NCBI GenBank assembly: GCA_018435605.1 | Contig: JAHDNF010000012.1 | Coordinates: forward strand, 72,895-136,894 | DNA from: a bacterium | GTDB taxonomy: Bacteria > Auribacterota > Auribacteria > Auribacterales > Auribacteraceae | Reading direction: 5' to 3' | DNA length: 64,000 bases | Shown: one piece after another, positions 40,553 through 50,670 of the stretch | How positions within the stretch are numbered: the stretch's first letter is position 1 | How the letters are laid out: the number at the start of each line of letters is the position of its first letter | Made by a program: the position numbers and the translations under genes | Notes under the pieces: model-generated | Told to the model about the DNA's origin: nothing | Database searches by the model: none | What the model saw: the letters and a program-made list of their open reading frames with translations, nothing else

Positions 40553-43039
40553 ATGATTAGACGACTGTTTTTTATCTTTATAATGACGGCCGCTTTCGTT
40601 CCTTCCTTATGCGCTCAAGAACAAAAAGATGCGCAAACTTTACTGTATCTTGCCAAAAACGCTTATCAAGATGGATTATATGATGTTGCCGAACAGCAGT
40701 TTACACGTTTGGTAGATCAGTATCCGTCTTCTGTTTTTTATTCGGAAGCGCGGTTTTATCTGGGAAAAATACGCTATGACCAGAAGGATTACCCAAAAGC
40801 CCGCTCCGATTTTGAATCGTTGATTATTACAGACAATCTCAATGTTATAGAAGACGCGCTTTTTTATATCATCGACATTGATTTTAAAACACGAGAATTT
40901 TCCGCATGTGTCGAATCTGTGGAACAATTCAAAACACGATTTCCATCCAGTCGTCATACGCCTTATGCGCTGTACTACGGCGCAATGAGCCATTATTATC
41001 TACACCAATATGAGCAGGCCGCGGATTTTTTTAATATACTGCTGGAACAATATCCTGACAGCAATTTGCGTGAAGTGGCATCTTATTTATACGCAAAAAG
41101 TTTTTATGAAAGGGAGATATTTGAATCAGCCATAAACGGATTGCGTTCTTTTATAGATTCTTTTCCGGCGTCAGACCTGCTTGCGGATGCATATTTCTGG
41201 GTAGCGGAATGTTTTTATCGCCTGAAACACTACGGAGATGCCTTGGAATATTATACTAACGCTCTTGACAATGCCGGTTTACGGAAATGGGTGGACAACG
41301 CCTTATATAAAAAGGGAGATTGCCTGTTCGAAACAGGCAATCTCATTTCTGCTCAATCGATATTTAAGTCGTTTATCGAAAAATATCCGGAATCTTATTT
41401 TTCTATGTATGCGCTAACAGGCCTTGCTGAAATTGCCTATAGGCAGGAAGATTACAATACATGTATATCATACGCCAAACAGTTGCTTGAGTTGTCCATG
41501 GCGGATAGTATGAAGATAAAGGTTTGGTATATGTATGCGCAATCTCTCTACAAACTAAATTCGTTTTCGGACGCCAAAGAAGCGTTTGAACAGATTTTGC
41601 GTTTCGAGCCTTCACCATCCATGAAGGCAAAAGCCTATTTTGGCACAGGAAAATCGTTATTTGCTTTGGATGAATACGACAAGGCTATCATGTATTTTCA
41701 ACAAGGACTGCACTTGGCGACAGACCCAGTTTTGAGGGCTACGTGTCTTGTTTCCATCGGTGACGCTCATTTTGCCGCAAAAGCCTTTTCCAGCGCCTTG
41801 GAAACATATCAAACCGTGCTGGAAGATTATCCCGATACCTCTTTGTATCCTCGGACACTTTATCAGATCGGACGCTGTCAAATTATGATTTTTGAGTATC
41901 AATCGGCAATAGAGGCGTTTGGCAAAATCGTCGGCAGTTATCCTCAAAGCGATTACGTGCCTTCAGCACAATACTACAGGGCGTGGATATTTTTTATACA
42001 AGAAGATTTTTTACGCGCACAGCAAGAATTTAAAGCGTTTGCCGAAAGTTATCCTGATCATCAAAAAATCGATTTCGCTTTTTTTTATCAGGGTTTATCT
42101 TTATACAATCTAAAACGCTATGAAGAGGCGATTCTATCGTATACCCACGTTACTGAAAAATTTTCTCAGTCGGCTATCGCCGACCGGTGCGATTATGAAA
42201 AGGGCTGGTGTTATTTTCAAATGGGCGATAGCGATAAAGCCCTTGATCAATTTGAAAATCTCTTGCGAAAATATCCAGAATCGCCATTGGCTTCGGATGT
42301 TTTGTTTTGGATAGGTGAGTTTTATTATAATAACGGAAGATATGAACATGCGTACCCAGCGTTTGAGCGTATCGTAGAACGATATCCCACAGCAAGCATT
42401 CAGACAAAAGCGTTGTTCTGGGCAGGGAAAAGCGCCTTTCTTGCCGGAGAATTAGATGCGGCAAAGCGGCTTCTTGAAATGTTTATCTCGAATTATCAGG
42501 ACGACGATTTTGTAGTAGACGCATACCTGATTCTGGCAGAATTGAATGTAGAAAAACAGATGTATGAAGATGCGATATCCGTTGTTGATTCGGTAATAAA
42601 AAATTATCCTGATACATATCTTATGGAAGAAATTTTTCTAATCAAAGGAACCGCATTGTTTGCACTGAAGCGATATCCCGAAGCTATTGAAGCATATACA
42701 CAGGTTACCAAGTCGTATGACGATTCTATCGCCGCTCAGGCGTGGTACTTCATCGGCAAATCTTATATGGAACAGGGCAAGGGCAGTAGCGGAGTAGAAG
42801 CTCTGCTACGTGTGGTATATCAATATCCCCAACAGAGAAAATTCTTTTATCAAGCCTGTTTTGATGTGGCGGTGTATTACGATAATCGCAAAAAATGGAG
42901 TCAGGCTAGGAATTTGTATACAAAAATGCTCAACGCATATCCTGACCGAAATGTATTGCCGGAATTGCTTGAAGATGCGCAGGCACGGTTGAAAAAAATT
43001 AGAGATAAACAATTTACATTATTTGAAGCAGGAGATTGA
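40553..43039 (+). CDS. Large periplasmic TPR protein made of CpoB/BamD-like tandem repeats
   Basis: Signal peptide; many repeats of the form A...F..(L/F)..YP.S.....A.(Y/F)..G. Confidence 0.88.
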   Translation: MIRRLFFIFIMTAAFVPSLCAQEQKDAQTLLYLAKNAYQDGLYDVAEQQFTRLVDQYPSSVFYSEARFYLGKIRYDQKDYPKARSDFESLIITDNLNVIEDALFYIIDIDFKTREFSACVESVEQFKTRFPSSRHTPYALYYGAMSHYYLHQYEQAADFFNILLEQYPDSNLREVASYLYAKSFYEREIFESAINGLRSFIDSFPASDLLADAYFWVAECFYRLKHYGDALEYYTNALDNAGLRKWVDNALYKKGDCLFETGNLISAQSIFKSFIEKYPESYFSMYALTGLAEIAYRQEDYNTCISYAKQLLELSMADSMKIKVWYMYAQSLYKLNSFSDAKEAFEQILRFEPSPSMKAKAYFGTGKSLFALDEYDKAIMYFQQGLHLATDPVLRATCLVSIGDAHFAAKAFSSALETYQTVLEDYPDTSLYPRTLYQIGRCQIMIFEYQSAIEAFGKIVGSYPQSDYVPSAQYYRAWIFFIQEDFLRAQQEFKAFAESYPDHQKIDFAFFYQGLSLYNLKRYEEAILSYTHVTEKFSQSAIADRCDYEKGWCYFQMGDSDKALDQFENLLRKYPESPLASDVLFWIGEFYYNNGRYEHAYPAFERIVERYPTASIQTKALFWAGKSAFLAGELDAAKRLLEMFISNYQDDDFVVDAYLILAELNVEKQMYEDAISVVDSVIKNYPDTYLMEEIFLIKGTALFALKRYPEAIEAYTQVTKSYDDSIAAQAWYFIGKSYMEQGKGSSGVEALLRVVYQYPQQRKFFYQACFDVAVYYDNRKKWSQARNLYTKMLNAYPDRNVLPELLEDAQARLKKIRDKQFTLFEAGD

Positions 43040-43668
43040 AAAAGATGATTGATATTTTTATTAAGGGCGGCCCTATGATGTACCTGATACTGCTATGCTC
43101 TATTATCGCGGTGTCTATTTTTCTCGAAAGGTTCATCCATTATCATAGAGCTTCCATTGATTCGGAGAAATTTATAAGCGGGTTGCGCAATATTCTTCGC
43201 AATAAAAATTATACCGAGGCGATAGCTATTTGCGACGAAATGCCCGGTCCTATCGCGTATACCATGAAAATGGGAATTATGTGTCACGATAAATCGCGTG
43301 AGGAGATAAAAGAATCTATGCAGGACGCCAGCCTTTACGAAGTGCCGCGTCTGGAACGTAAACTTGTGGCTTTGGCTACAATAGCGCACATTACACCGTT
43401 GATAGGATTGTTGGGTACGGTTTCCGGAATGATCACAGCGTTCAAATCTATCGTGAATAACCCTGGTCCGGTGAATCCCACATTGCTCGCGCAAGGAATC
43501 TGGGAAGCATTGATAACCACTGCCGCTGGGCTGGTTGTGGCAATACCGACTTATGTAGCTTATAACTACCTTGTCAGCAGGGTAAACAGTATTGTTGTCG
43601 AAATGGAAAAAGGCGCGACCGAGATATCGAACCTATTAAGCGAAAATAGGGACGATTATGCGTTTTAA
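43036..43668 (+). CDS. MotA/TolQ/ExbB proton channel family protein
   Basis: PLIGLLGTVSGMITAF, GIWEALITTAAGLVVAIP. Confidence 0.93.
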   Translation: MKKMIDIFIKGGPMMYLILLCSIIAVSIFLERFIHYHRASIDSEKFISGLRNILRNKNYTEAIAICDEMPGPIAYTMKMGIMCHDKSREEIKESMQDASLYEVPRLERKLVALATIAHITPLIGLLGTVSGMITAFKSIVNNPGPVNPTLLAQGIWEALITTAAGLVVAIPTYVAYNYLVSRVNSIVVEMEKGATEISNLLSENRDDYAF

Positions 43669-44059
43669 AAGATCGATTCAGATAGAAAAAGGACGCCTTG
43701 ACCTCACTCCGCTGGTTGATGTAATTTTTTTGCTTCTCATTTTTTTTATGCTGTCTTCCACTTTTATTCTTCAGCCGGGGATTAAAGTCGATCTGCCCCC
43801 TGCTAAACAAGTTCCACCTCACAAAGAAGAAAATATGGTTGTTACTATTACCCGCGAAGATCAAGTGTTTTTCAATAATGAGCGAACTACTTTGGAAGGT
43901 TTGAAGCGCCGTATACGGATGATGAACAAGAAAAATCCGAACTCAACATTGATTATCAAAGCCGATACCAATACTCGCCATGGAAACGTCGTACAAATAA
44001 TGAACATGGCACGGCAAGCAGGCATCGAAAAAATGGCTATCGCTACAAGACCGGAGTAA
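43658..44059 (+). CDS. exbD: ExbD/TolR family protein
   Basis: LTPLVDVIFLLLIFFML with the essential Asp; IKADT...HG.VV..M..A..AG. Confidence 0.92.
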   Translation: MRFKRSIQIEKGRLDLTPLVDVIFLLLIFFMLSSTFILQPGIKVDLPPAKQVPPHKEENMVVTITREDQVFFNNERTTLEGLKRRIRMMNKKNPNSTLIIKADTNTRHGNVVQIMNMARQAGIEKMAIATRPE

Positions 44060-44062
44060 GAA

Positions 44063-44815
44063 ATGAACAGGATTTTTTTGTTGTCCTTAGCGGTGTCACT
44101 AGGATGGCACTTATCTACGGTTATAATGTTCAAAATCGCCGAGCCCGGTAGTGTCGATAAAAAAACTCAGGTGTTTGACGTGCGTTTTATGCCGTCAGGT
44201 GATATTGATGCCAAAACTCTCTATCAACAGCAGTTTTCCTATAACAACGATTATTTTTCAAATGCGCGTTTTGCTTTGCCCGTCGACGACTCTCATTCCA
44301 TGCAGTTACCGCAAATCGGTGTCGAGTTTGAAAAGAAATTGATTCCTTTAGATGCCGTTGCCCCTGAAAAAATGAGTTTGGCGCGATATCGAAACGATCA
44401 AAAAGATTATCCTGATAATCTTAAACGCGCTTCGGATGCTCAGCTTGAAAATTTGGCGCAGATAGATTATGAACCGCAAATCCAATCTGACACACTATCC
44501 GCTGATACAGATAAAAAGCGGGTGCTCGGGTTTACGATAAAAGGGGCGCTTCAACCGGTTGACAACAATCAATTTGATGATGTTCGCGGGATGATTGTTT
44601 CTCAACCGTGTATAATCAGGTTTTCTGTAGATCTTTTCGGAACAGTGCGCCACGGCATAGTAGAGCAGTCTTCCGGTAATACTGCCATTGACAGCAAGTT
44701 ATTGACGATATTACGCCAGTGCAGATTTGCACTGCAGGGCGATAATCAGCCTGTAATGCAGGATTCTATCCCTCATTACACAAGCTGGGGAAAAATTATC
44801 TTCTATAATCAGTAA
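44063..44815 (+). CDS. TonB-like energy transducer (N-terminal anchor plus TonB C-terminal-like domain)
   Basis: SLAVSLGWH anchor (S..H motif); C-terminal IRFSVD..G.V....VEQSSGN..ID; follows exbB/exbD. Confidence 0.6.
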   Translation: MNRIFLLSLAVSLGWHLSTVIMFKIAEPGSVDKKTQVFDVRFMPSGDIDAKTLYQQQFSYNNDYFSNARFALPVDDSHSMQLPQIGVEFEKKLIPLDAVAPEKMSLARYRNDQKDYPDNLKRASDAQLENLAQIDYEPQIQSDTLSADTDKKRVLGFTIKGALQPVDNNQFDDVRGMIVSQPCIIRFSVDLFGTVRHGIVEQSSGNTAIDSKLLTILRQCRFALQGDNQPVMQDSIPHYTSWGKIIFYNQ

Positions 44816-45099
44816 CTGGATTACTGTCGTTTACTGTTAACTTTGGATACATTTACTGTTAATGTATTCCTATTAACTGTATACATCGGATGTGATTGAC
44901 AATACCGTTTTTTGAGCTTGATTTAGCGATATCATGTGTTTTACTGATGATGTTTGAATATATATACTGTCACTGAAATAAATTGAGGAAATTCTAAAGA
45001 ATTATCTATAGCGCTTTGTCATTGTGACACACTTGCGATGACTTTTTATTCTTTAGCGGTTTTCGAGTTGTATAAAAGTCATTTTTTTAGGTTTTTTAT

Positions 45100-45333
45100 A
45101 TGATTAGAGTTGATTTATCATTCTTCTTTTTTATATACTTGATACTATCTTTGGGTGGTATTATAGTATTATGGTTCTGGTTTGAGATGACCCATCCTTC
45201 GGGACGTCTGACGCCGTACTCCAAAAATGTCTATAAATGTTCAATTTGCGGTTATCATTATATTGATGATGTAGATAAACAAATAACACAATGTCCCCGA
45301 TGCATGAGTTATAACGATTCTAAATCGGGTTGA
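45100..45333 (+). CDS. Small membrane-anchored zinc-ribbon protein
   Basis: One TM helix, then CSICG-x(13)-CPRC. Confidence 0.7.
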   Translation: MIRVDLSFFFFIYLILSLGGIIVLWFWFEMTHPSGRLTPYSKNVYKCSICGYHYIDDVDKQITQCPRCMSYNDSKSG

Positions 45334-45385
45334 AGATCACTGTATGGTTCCGATTATCCGCTCGCAGGATAACATGGGGGGATCG

Positions 45386-45856
45386 ATGAAAGAAGAGTAT
45401 GTTTGGTTTTTTGCCTATGGTTCAGCTATGAATTCGACTAGATTGGCAGGCCGTGGCGTCAAATTTTACAGTATTGAACCGGCGTATATTGAAAAATATC
45501 AGCTGAAATTTAACAAACGTTCGGTCGACGGCACCGCAAAAGCTAATATTGTGCCGGCTACCGATTCAAAAGTATACGGTTTGCTTTATAAATTACCTAA
45601 ATCAGAGCTCCATAAACTCGACAATATTGAAGGGTTGACATCGGGGCACTATTACCGGACTACCTTACAGGTAACTACACCGTCCGGAGAAGTTTTTATG
45701 GCGGAAGTTTATATGGCAAACGCAAAATACCTTGTCGACGACGAAAAGGCGTTTCCTTCCGAGCAACATATCTCTACTGTTTTCAACGCCGCTGTTAAAC
45801 ATAAACTTGACCCTGATTACATCAACTATTTAAGATCGTTTCAGGAACTGGCGTAA
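45386..45856 (+). CDS. Gamma-glutamylcyclotransferase family protein
   Basis: FFAYGSAM, ANIVP...VYGLLY, LDNIEG...Y, PSEQH. Start placed at the ATG after gggggat (ORF track gives 45344). Confidence 0.85.
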   Translation: MKEEYVWFFAYGSAMNSTRLAGRGVKFYSIEPAYIEKYQLKFNKRSVDGTAKANIVPATDSKVYGLLYKLPKSELHKLDNIEGLTSGHYYRTTLQVTTPSGEVFMAEVYMANAKYLVDDEKAFPSEQHISTVFNAAVKHKLDPDYINYLRSFQELA

Positions 45857-45865
45857 AATAAAAAA

Positions 45866-45908
45866 CGGGGGCTGTTTTGATTTCGATTAAGTAGCGACCG
45901 GCTTTTTT
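45866..45908 (+). terminator. Possible imperfect intrinsic terminator
   Basis: Irregular stem closed by a TTCG loop and followed by T6, just after the GGCT stop codon. Confidence 0.35.
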
Positions 45909-46081
45909 GTTATTTCAACAAAAATAAACAAAATTAAATTGCTTTTATCGGTTTTCAGACTCAACGCCAATTCTATATTTGAATAGCCTATCGAATAAAG
46001 ACTTAACTGGTATCAATGACTGAAATTTGTTTGTCGGCGAACATCAGTGCAATTTATAGCAATATCAAATCGAACCCTGTA

Positions 46082-46255
46082 TTAACCTATTTTGCTGAAT
46101 ATAATCAATCCGCCAATCAGAAAAAATCCTAGAAGTAGTGCCAATGAGATACCATATAGACTGAATCTCGCAAAAAACGAGATAATGGGTGCAAGTTCTT
46201 TTATCAATCCTTTAAGACTGTTTTTTCCCTTTTGAGTAAGTTGAACTGTTTCCAT
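46082..46255 (-). CDS. Small membrane protein (57 aa), not in the ORF track
   Basis: GGAGG-N4-ATG; translates to METVQLTQKGKNSLKGLIKELAPIISFFARFSLYGISLALLLGFFLIGGLIIFSKIG*, with a hydrophobic C-terminal helix. Confidence 0.6.
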   Translation of the reverse strand: METVQLTQKGKNSLKGLIKELAPIISFFARFSLYGISLALLLGFFLIGGLIIFSKIG

Positions 46256-46496
46256 AAAGCCTCCGCTCGCGCATTGAGTTATTGTTTTATATAAAAATAT
46301 TTATCTTTCAGATTAGTTTATAAGCAAAATTAATGCCAAATAGCAAGATGCTGTACGTCTAATTCCTAATCGCATGATCATCATGACATTGGCTTGTTGT
46401 TCCATTAATATCATGCATATAAAAAAATTTCTTATTGTTACATTTTTATTAGATATGGGAAAAAATTGCTTTATATCCCATATCAACTGTTTCTTT

Positions 46497-47129
46497 TCAT
46501 TTATTTTGATCAGCAAAATGGCGATTGAGTTGATTCCGCACCGAATTCGCTATCTCAATGAGATGTTCCATATTTTGATTTTTCCCGCCGTTGATCTTTA
46601 TTAAAATGTTGGATATTCTAGCGTAAAGATAGACAGGATATTTGCGCTCAGATTGGAATGTTATAGCGATACTTTCATCGCCGATGGTATTGGTCTCAAA
46701 AGATTGGATATTTACCGAATCGCGTTTTGCCTGGTTTTCCAGAATAGAAAAATTGATTTCGGTTTCCTCTTTTGCCGATGAAATATCGGGAAACTGAATG
46801 ATCATCATCGTAATTCTGTCAGATTCATCCTGCTTGTCTTGAGGATAAAAATCTTGTAAGAGTATATCCGTATCAAGCCGCGGTTTTTTCAGGTACGGGA
46901 TGGAATCTCTGTCACTAAAATATTGTGTTGAAATGAGATAGTTTTTTTTCAATGTTTCGTTGGAAACAGCGAGTTGAGTAAGCGAATCCTGATATAAGAC
47001 GGTTACCCTTGAGTCCTTTTTAGCGGTTGATTCTGTAGAGCCGTTTTCAGGAGGCTGGGAAGAAGGCGAACACGCTGTCAATATAATGCAGTATGTAAGT
47101 AATAATATAAATATGGCACTGTTCCTCAT
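46497..47129 (-). CDS. Hypothetical lipoprotein
   Basis: From ATG 47129: MRNSAIFILLLTYCIILTAC, with an LTAC lipobox followed by an S/P linker (ORF track start 47240). Confidence 0.72.
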   Translation of the reverse strand: MRNSAIFILLLTYCIILTACSPSSQPPENGSTESTAKKDSRVTVLYQDSLTQLAVSNETLKKNYLISTQYFSDRDSIPYLKKPRLDTDILLQDFYPQDKQDESDRITMMIIQFPDISSAKEETEINFSILENQAKRDSVNIQSFETNTIGDESIAITFQSERKYPVYLYARISNILIKINGGKNQNMEHLIEIANSVRNQLNRHFADQNK

Positions 47130-47291
47130 TAGGAAGGAGCGCCTCCTTATCCGTGATGAAAAAAGTTTGTGAAGGCCGTTCGTATATATCCTGCTGTAAA
47201 TCATATAAAGTGATACTAAATTAAAATGTAGAAAAGTCAAGAAATTTTAACGATATTTAAAATAATTTTCAAGACGTAACACCACAGGTGA

Positions 47292-48518
47292 TTATTGCCT
47301 TATAAGGCGCACAAACCGTCGTTTTCCCACCTTAATTATCATATCGTGTTCAGGTTCGATTGAAGCCTGTGCATCTTCTATTTTATTACCGTTGCACTGC
47401 ACTGCTCCCTGTTGTATCATACGCCGCGCTTCGGATGAACTTTGGGTCAGTCCTGCTTGTTGAAGCAGATGGCATACCCATATTTTTCCGTCCTCTAATG
47501 TAAGGGCGTTTATAGCGATTTCCGGTATATCCGACGGTATATCTTTTTTTGAAAAAATCTTAGTGAATTCCTGTTGTGCCGTTTGAGCCGCCTCCTCACT
47601 GTGGAATCGGGTTATGATCTTACGCGCAAGCTGTTTTTTCAAATCCATCGGATGCAGAGATCCTTCTTTGCAGTTTCGCTCCATCTCATCCGCTTCCATC
47701 GCAGATATTTCGGTTAATAAACGGTAATACCTGAACATCAGGTCGTCCGATATAGACATTATTTTGCCGAAAATATCTTGAGCAGGTTCGTTGATACCTA
47801 TATAGTTGTTAAGGCTCTTGCTCATCTTCTGCACACCATCCGTGCCTTCGAGAATGGGCATGGTTATGACTATTTGTTGCTGTTGTTTGTATTCACGTTG
47901 CAAATCGCGTCCTACTAGCAGGTTGAATGTCTGATCAGTTCCGCCCATCTCTACATCCGATTCCAGCATTACCGAATCATAACCCTGCATAAGCGGGTAG
48001 AGGAACTCTACTATGCTGATACTTTTGCCGCTGGCGTACCGTTTAGAAAAATCATCCCGTTCAAGCATGCGGGCGACTGAGTATTTAGCTGTCAGTTCTA
48101 TTATATCTTTGAAACACATTGGGGCAAACCAACTACTATTGAACACAATATTAGTTTTATCTCTGTCGAGAATTTTAAAAATTTGGTCTTGATATGTCTG
48201 GGCATGTGCCATAACCTGGCTATGGGTAAGAGGTTTGCGTGTTTCCGATTTTCCGGAAGGGTCACCGATCATGGCGGTAAAATCGCCGATAATAAAGTCC
48301 ACTGTATGCCCGAGATCCTGAAATTGACGCAGTTTGTTAAGAATAACAGTATGTCCAAGATGAATATCAGGCGCGGTCGGGTCTGCACCGAACTTTACAT
48401 GCAGAGGACGATTGTTAGTCAACGATGTCTTGAGTTTCTCACGGAATTCTTCTTCTGAGTAGAAACTAACGGTATTTTCCTTAATGATGTTTAGTTGGCG
48501 TTCAATTTCTTTTTCCAC
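47292..48518 (-). CDS. tyrS: Tyrosyl-tRNA synthetase
   Basis: [35 protein letters not shown]-terminal S4 domain. Confidence 0.97.
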   Translation of the reverse strand: MEKEIERQLNIIKENTVSFYSEEEFREKLKTSLTNNRPLHVKFGADPTAPDIHLGHTVILNKLRQFQDLGHTVDFIIGDFTAMIGDPSGKSETRKPLTHSQVMAHAQTYQDQIFKILDRDKTNIVFNSSWFAPMCFKDIIELTAKYSVARMLERDDFSKRYASGKSISIVEFLYPLMQGYDSVMLESDVEMGGTDQTFNLLVGRDLQREYKQQQQIVITMPILEGTDGVQKMSKSLNNYIGINEPAQDIFGKIMSISDDLMFRYYRLLTEISAMEADEMERNCKEGSLHPMDLKKQLARKIITRFHSEEAAQTAQQEFTKIFSKKDIPSDIPEIAINALTLEDGKIWVCHLLQQAGLTQSSSEARRMIQQGAVQCNGNKIEDAQASIEPEHDMIIKVGKRRFVRLIRQ

Positions 48519-48535
48519 TATGATTCCCTCCGAAC

Positions 48536-48568
48536 AAAAAGGCCTTAAGTATCGATCTTAAGGCCTTT
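48536..48568 (-). terminator. Intrinsic terminator after rpsA
   Basis: 12-bp stem aaaggccttaag / cttaaggccttt with a 7-nt loop, running into TTTTT on the minus strand. Confidence 0.8.
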
Positions 48569-48599
48569 CCGGTACTGATGTAAATATGAGTATGAATTA

Positions 48600-50606
48600 T
48601 TATTCCTTTTCCGCCTCAGAGTCGTCTGATTCCTCAACGGTTTCTTCTTCGGTCTTAACATCGGTTTTTACAGATGTTTTTGTATCTTTATCAAGCAGAG
48701 CTGTTTTTTCAACAGACTTCTTCTCAGCTTTGACGTCTTTTCCATCAACCTGCTCTTCAGTTGGTTCAACCGTAGTTTTGGCAACTTTTTCGGATTTTTC
48801 AACCGGTTTGACAGGTTCTGCCGTAGCTTTCTTCGCCGGCTCACCTTTCTTAAGCAGTTCGTCCAGCTGTTCAGAAATAATGCTTGTGCTTTCAAAAGTG
48901 TTTTCCCGTTTTTTACGAGAATCGAATTCTTTAACAGCACGTTTTTCTTTTTCTACCTTTTCGGTCTCTTCCGCCTGTTTCTGAGCATTGATCATTTCTT
49001 TAATGCTCAAAGCTATTTTGCGGTCGATAGGATCGATTTTAAGAATCATTGCCGTTATTTCCGAATCGACAGCTACAACGTCTTCCAGTTTTGAAGGAAC
49101 TTTATCGGCAATCTGAGAAGCATGGATTAAACCTTCCAGTTCGTCTTCAAGTGTAACAAAAATACCGAATCCGGTTATTTTGCTTACCTTTCCCGTAACT
49201 ATCTGCCCGACTTCGTATTTCTCTTCTATGTTTTCCCATGGATCAATATTCAACTGCTTGATACCCAAAGCTATCTTTTTATTGCTCTGATCTACTGATA
49301 AGACGACTGCTTCAACCTTGTCGCCTTTTTTGAGTACTTCAGCAGGATTATTTATCTTCTTAGTCCATGATATGTCGGATATATGTATCAATCCGTCAAT
49401 GCCTTCTTCGAGTTCGACAAAAGCGCCGTAAGAAGTTATATTGCGTATAGTTCCGGTAATACGTTTTCCTGCCGGATATTTATCTTCTACAACGCTCCAT
49501 GGGTTGAATTCGGTCTGTTTAATACCGAGAGAAATTTTTTCTTTTTCTTTCTCGATACTTAAAACCATGGCTTCAACTTCTTCGCCGACAGACAAAAGCT
49601 CGGAAGGATGATTGATACGTCTTGTCCATGAAAATTCAGATATATGTATCAATCCTTCAATGCCTTCCTCAAGTTCAACAAACGCCCCGTAAGGCATAAT
49701 ATTGACAACTTTGCCGACCACCTTGGAACCGATAGGATATTTTGACTCTACAGCTTCCCACGGATTCTGCGATTTCTGCTTGAGCCCCAACGATATTCGA
49801 GCGTTATCCTTATCGAACTTAAGTACCATTACCTCGATTTTTTCACCAACCGAAACCATTTCGCTCGGATGGCTTATACGTCCCCAGCTCATATCTGTGA
49901 TATGCAGAAGACCATCGAGTCCGTTTAGATCGATAAAAGCGCCGAAATCGGTAATATTTTTCACAGTACCGTTAATAAGGTCGCCTTCATTAATTTCGGT
50001 GAGGAGTCTTTCGCGCTCTTTATCGCGCTGTTCTTCAAGCAGTTCCCTGCGCGATATGACCACATTTTTCCGCTCTTCGCTGATTTTTATTATTTTGAAG
50101 TCGTATGTTTTGCCCAGATATACATCCATGTTGGGCACCGGTTTTATGTCGAGCTGAGAAGCAGGCAAAAACGCCTCCACTCCGATATCGACCATAAAGC
50201 CGCCTTTGACTTTCTTGAATATTTTTCCGTCAACAACAGATCCTTCGTTGCACTTCTGGATTGTCCGTTCCCAACGCCGGCTTTTATCGACTTTGAGTTT
50301 CGACAGCAACGTCAAACCGTCTTCATTTTCCATTGTGTCGAGAAACACTTCTATCTCATCCCCGATATCGTAATCTTCATAATCGGGAAATTCTTCTATA
50401 GGAATGATCCCTTCGGATTTGTAATTGATATCTACCAGTACTTCGTTAGGGTTGATCTTGACTATTTTGCCTGTGATGATACTCCCTTCTTCGAGATTGC
50501 TTAAGGTTTGTTCGTACAACTCGCGAAAATCATCTATGGTCTCCTCCACAGAAGACACATCTTGATTTCCAAGAGCCATGTTTGTTTTTTTTGGTTCGTT
50601 TACCAT
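48600..50606 (-). CDS. rpsA: 30S ribosomal protein S1 with a long acidic/Lys-rich C-terminal tail
   Basis: Six S1 repeats (e.g. GTVKNITDFGAFIDL.GLDGLLHITDMSW); RBS aaggagg. Confidence 0.97.
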   Translation of the reverse strand: MVNEPKKTNMALGNQDVSSVEETIDDFRELYEQTLSNLEEGSIITGKIVKINPNEVLVDINYKSEGIIPIEEFPDYEDYDIGDEIEVFLDTMENEDGLTLLSKLKVDKSRRWERTIQKCNEGSVVDGKIFKKVKGGFMVDIGVEAFLPASQLDIKPVPNMDVYLGKTYDFKIIKISEERKNVVISRRELLEEQRDKERERLLTEINEGDLINGTVKNITDFGAFIDLNGLDGLLHITDMSWGRISHPSEMVSVGEKIEVMVLKFDKDNARISLGLKQKSQNPWEAVESKYPIGSKVVGKVVNIMPYGAFVELEEGIEGLIHISEFSWTRRINHPSELLSVGEEVEAMVLSIEKEKEKISLGIKQTEFNPWSVVEDKYPAGKRITGTIRNITSYGAFVELEEGIDGLIHISDISWTKKINNPAEVLKKGDKVEAVVLSVDQSNKKIALGIKQLNIDPWENIEEKYEVGQIVTGKVSKITGFGIFVTLEDELEGLIHASQIADKVPSKLEDVVAVDSEITAMILKIDPIDRKIALSIKEMINAQKQAEETEKVEKEKRAVKEFDSRKKRENTFESTSIISEQLDELLKKGEPAKKATAEPVKPVEKSEKVAKTTVEPTEEQVDGKDVKAEKKSVEKTALLDKDTKTSVKTDVKTEEETVEESDDSEAEKE

Positions 50607-50670
50607 GATTGATTGTTACCTCCTTAATAACACAGTATTTCCTTGCGGATTATTGCAAAATATAAAAAAA

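Noticed and set aside
45867-46220. gggggctgttttgatttcga resembles a tmRNA 5' end
   Set aside because: No matching T-arm or CCA 3' end lies about 350 nt downstream. The segment folds better as a terminator-like hairpin, and a small ORF occupies the opposite strand.
48586-48984. Ser/Thr/Phe-rich 132-aa ORF on the + strand
   Set aside because: It is the antisense reading of the Glu/Lys-rich rpsA tail; its composition follows from codon complementarity.
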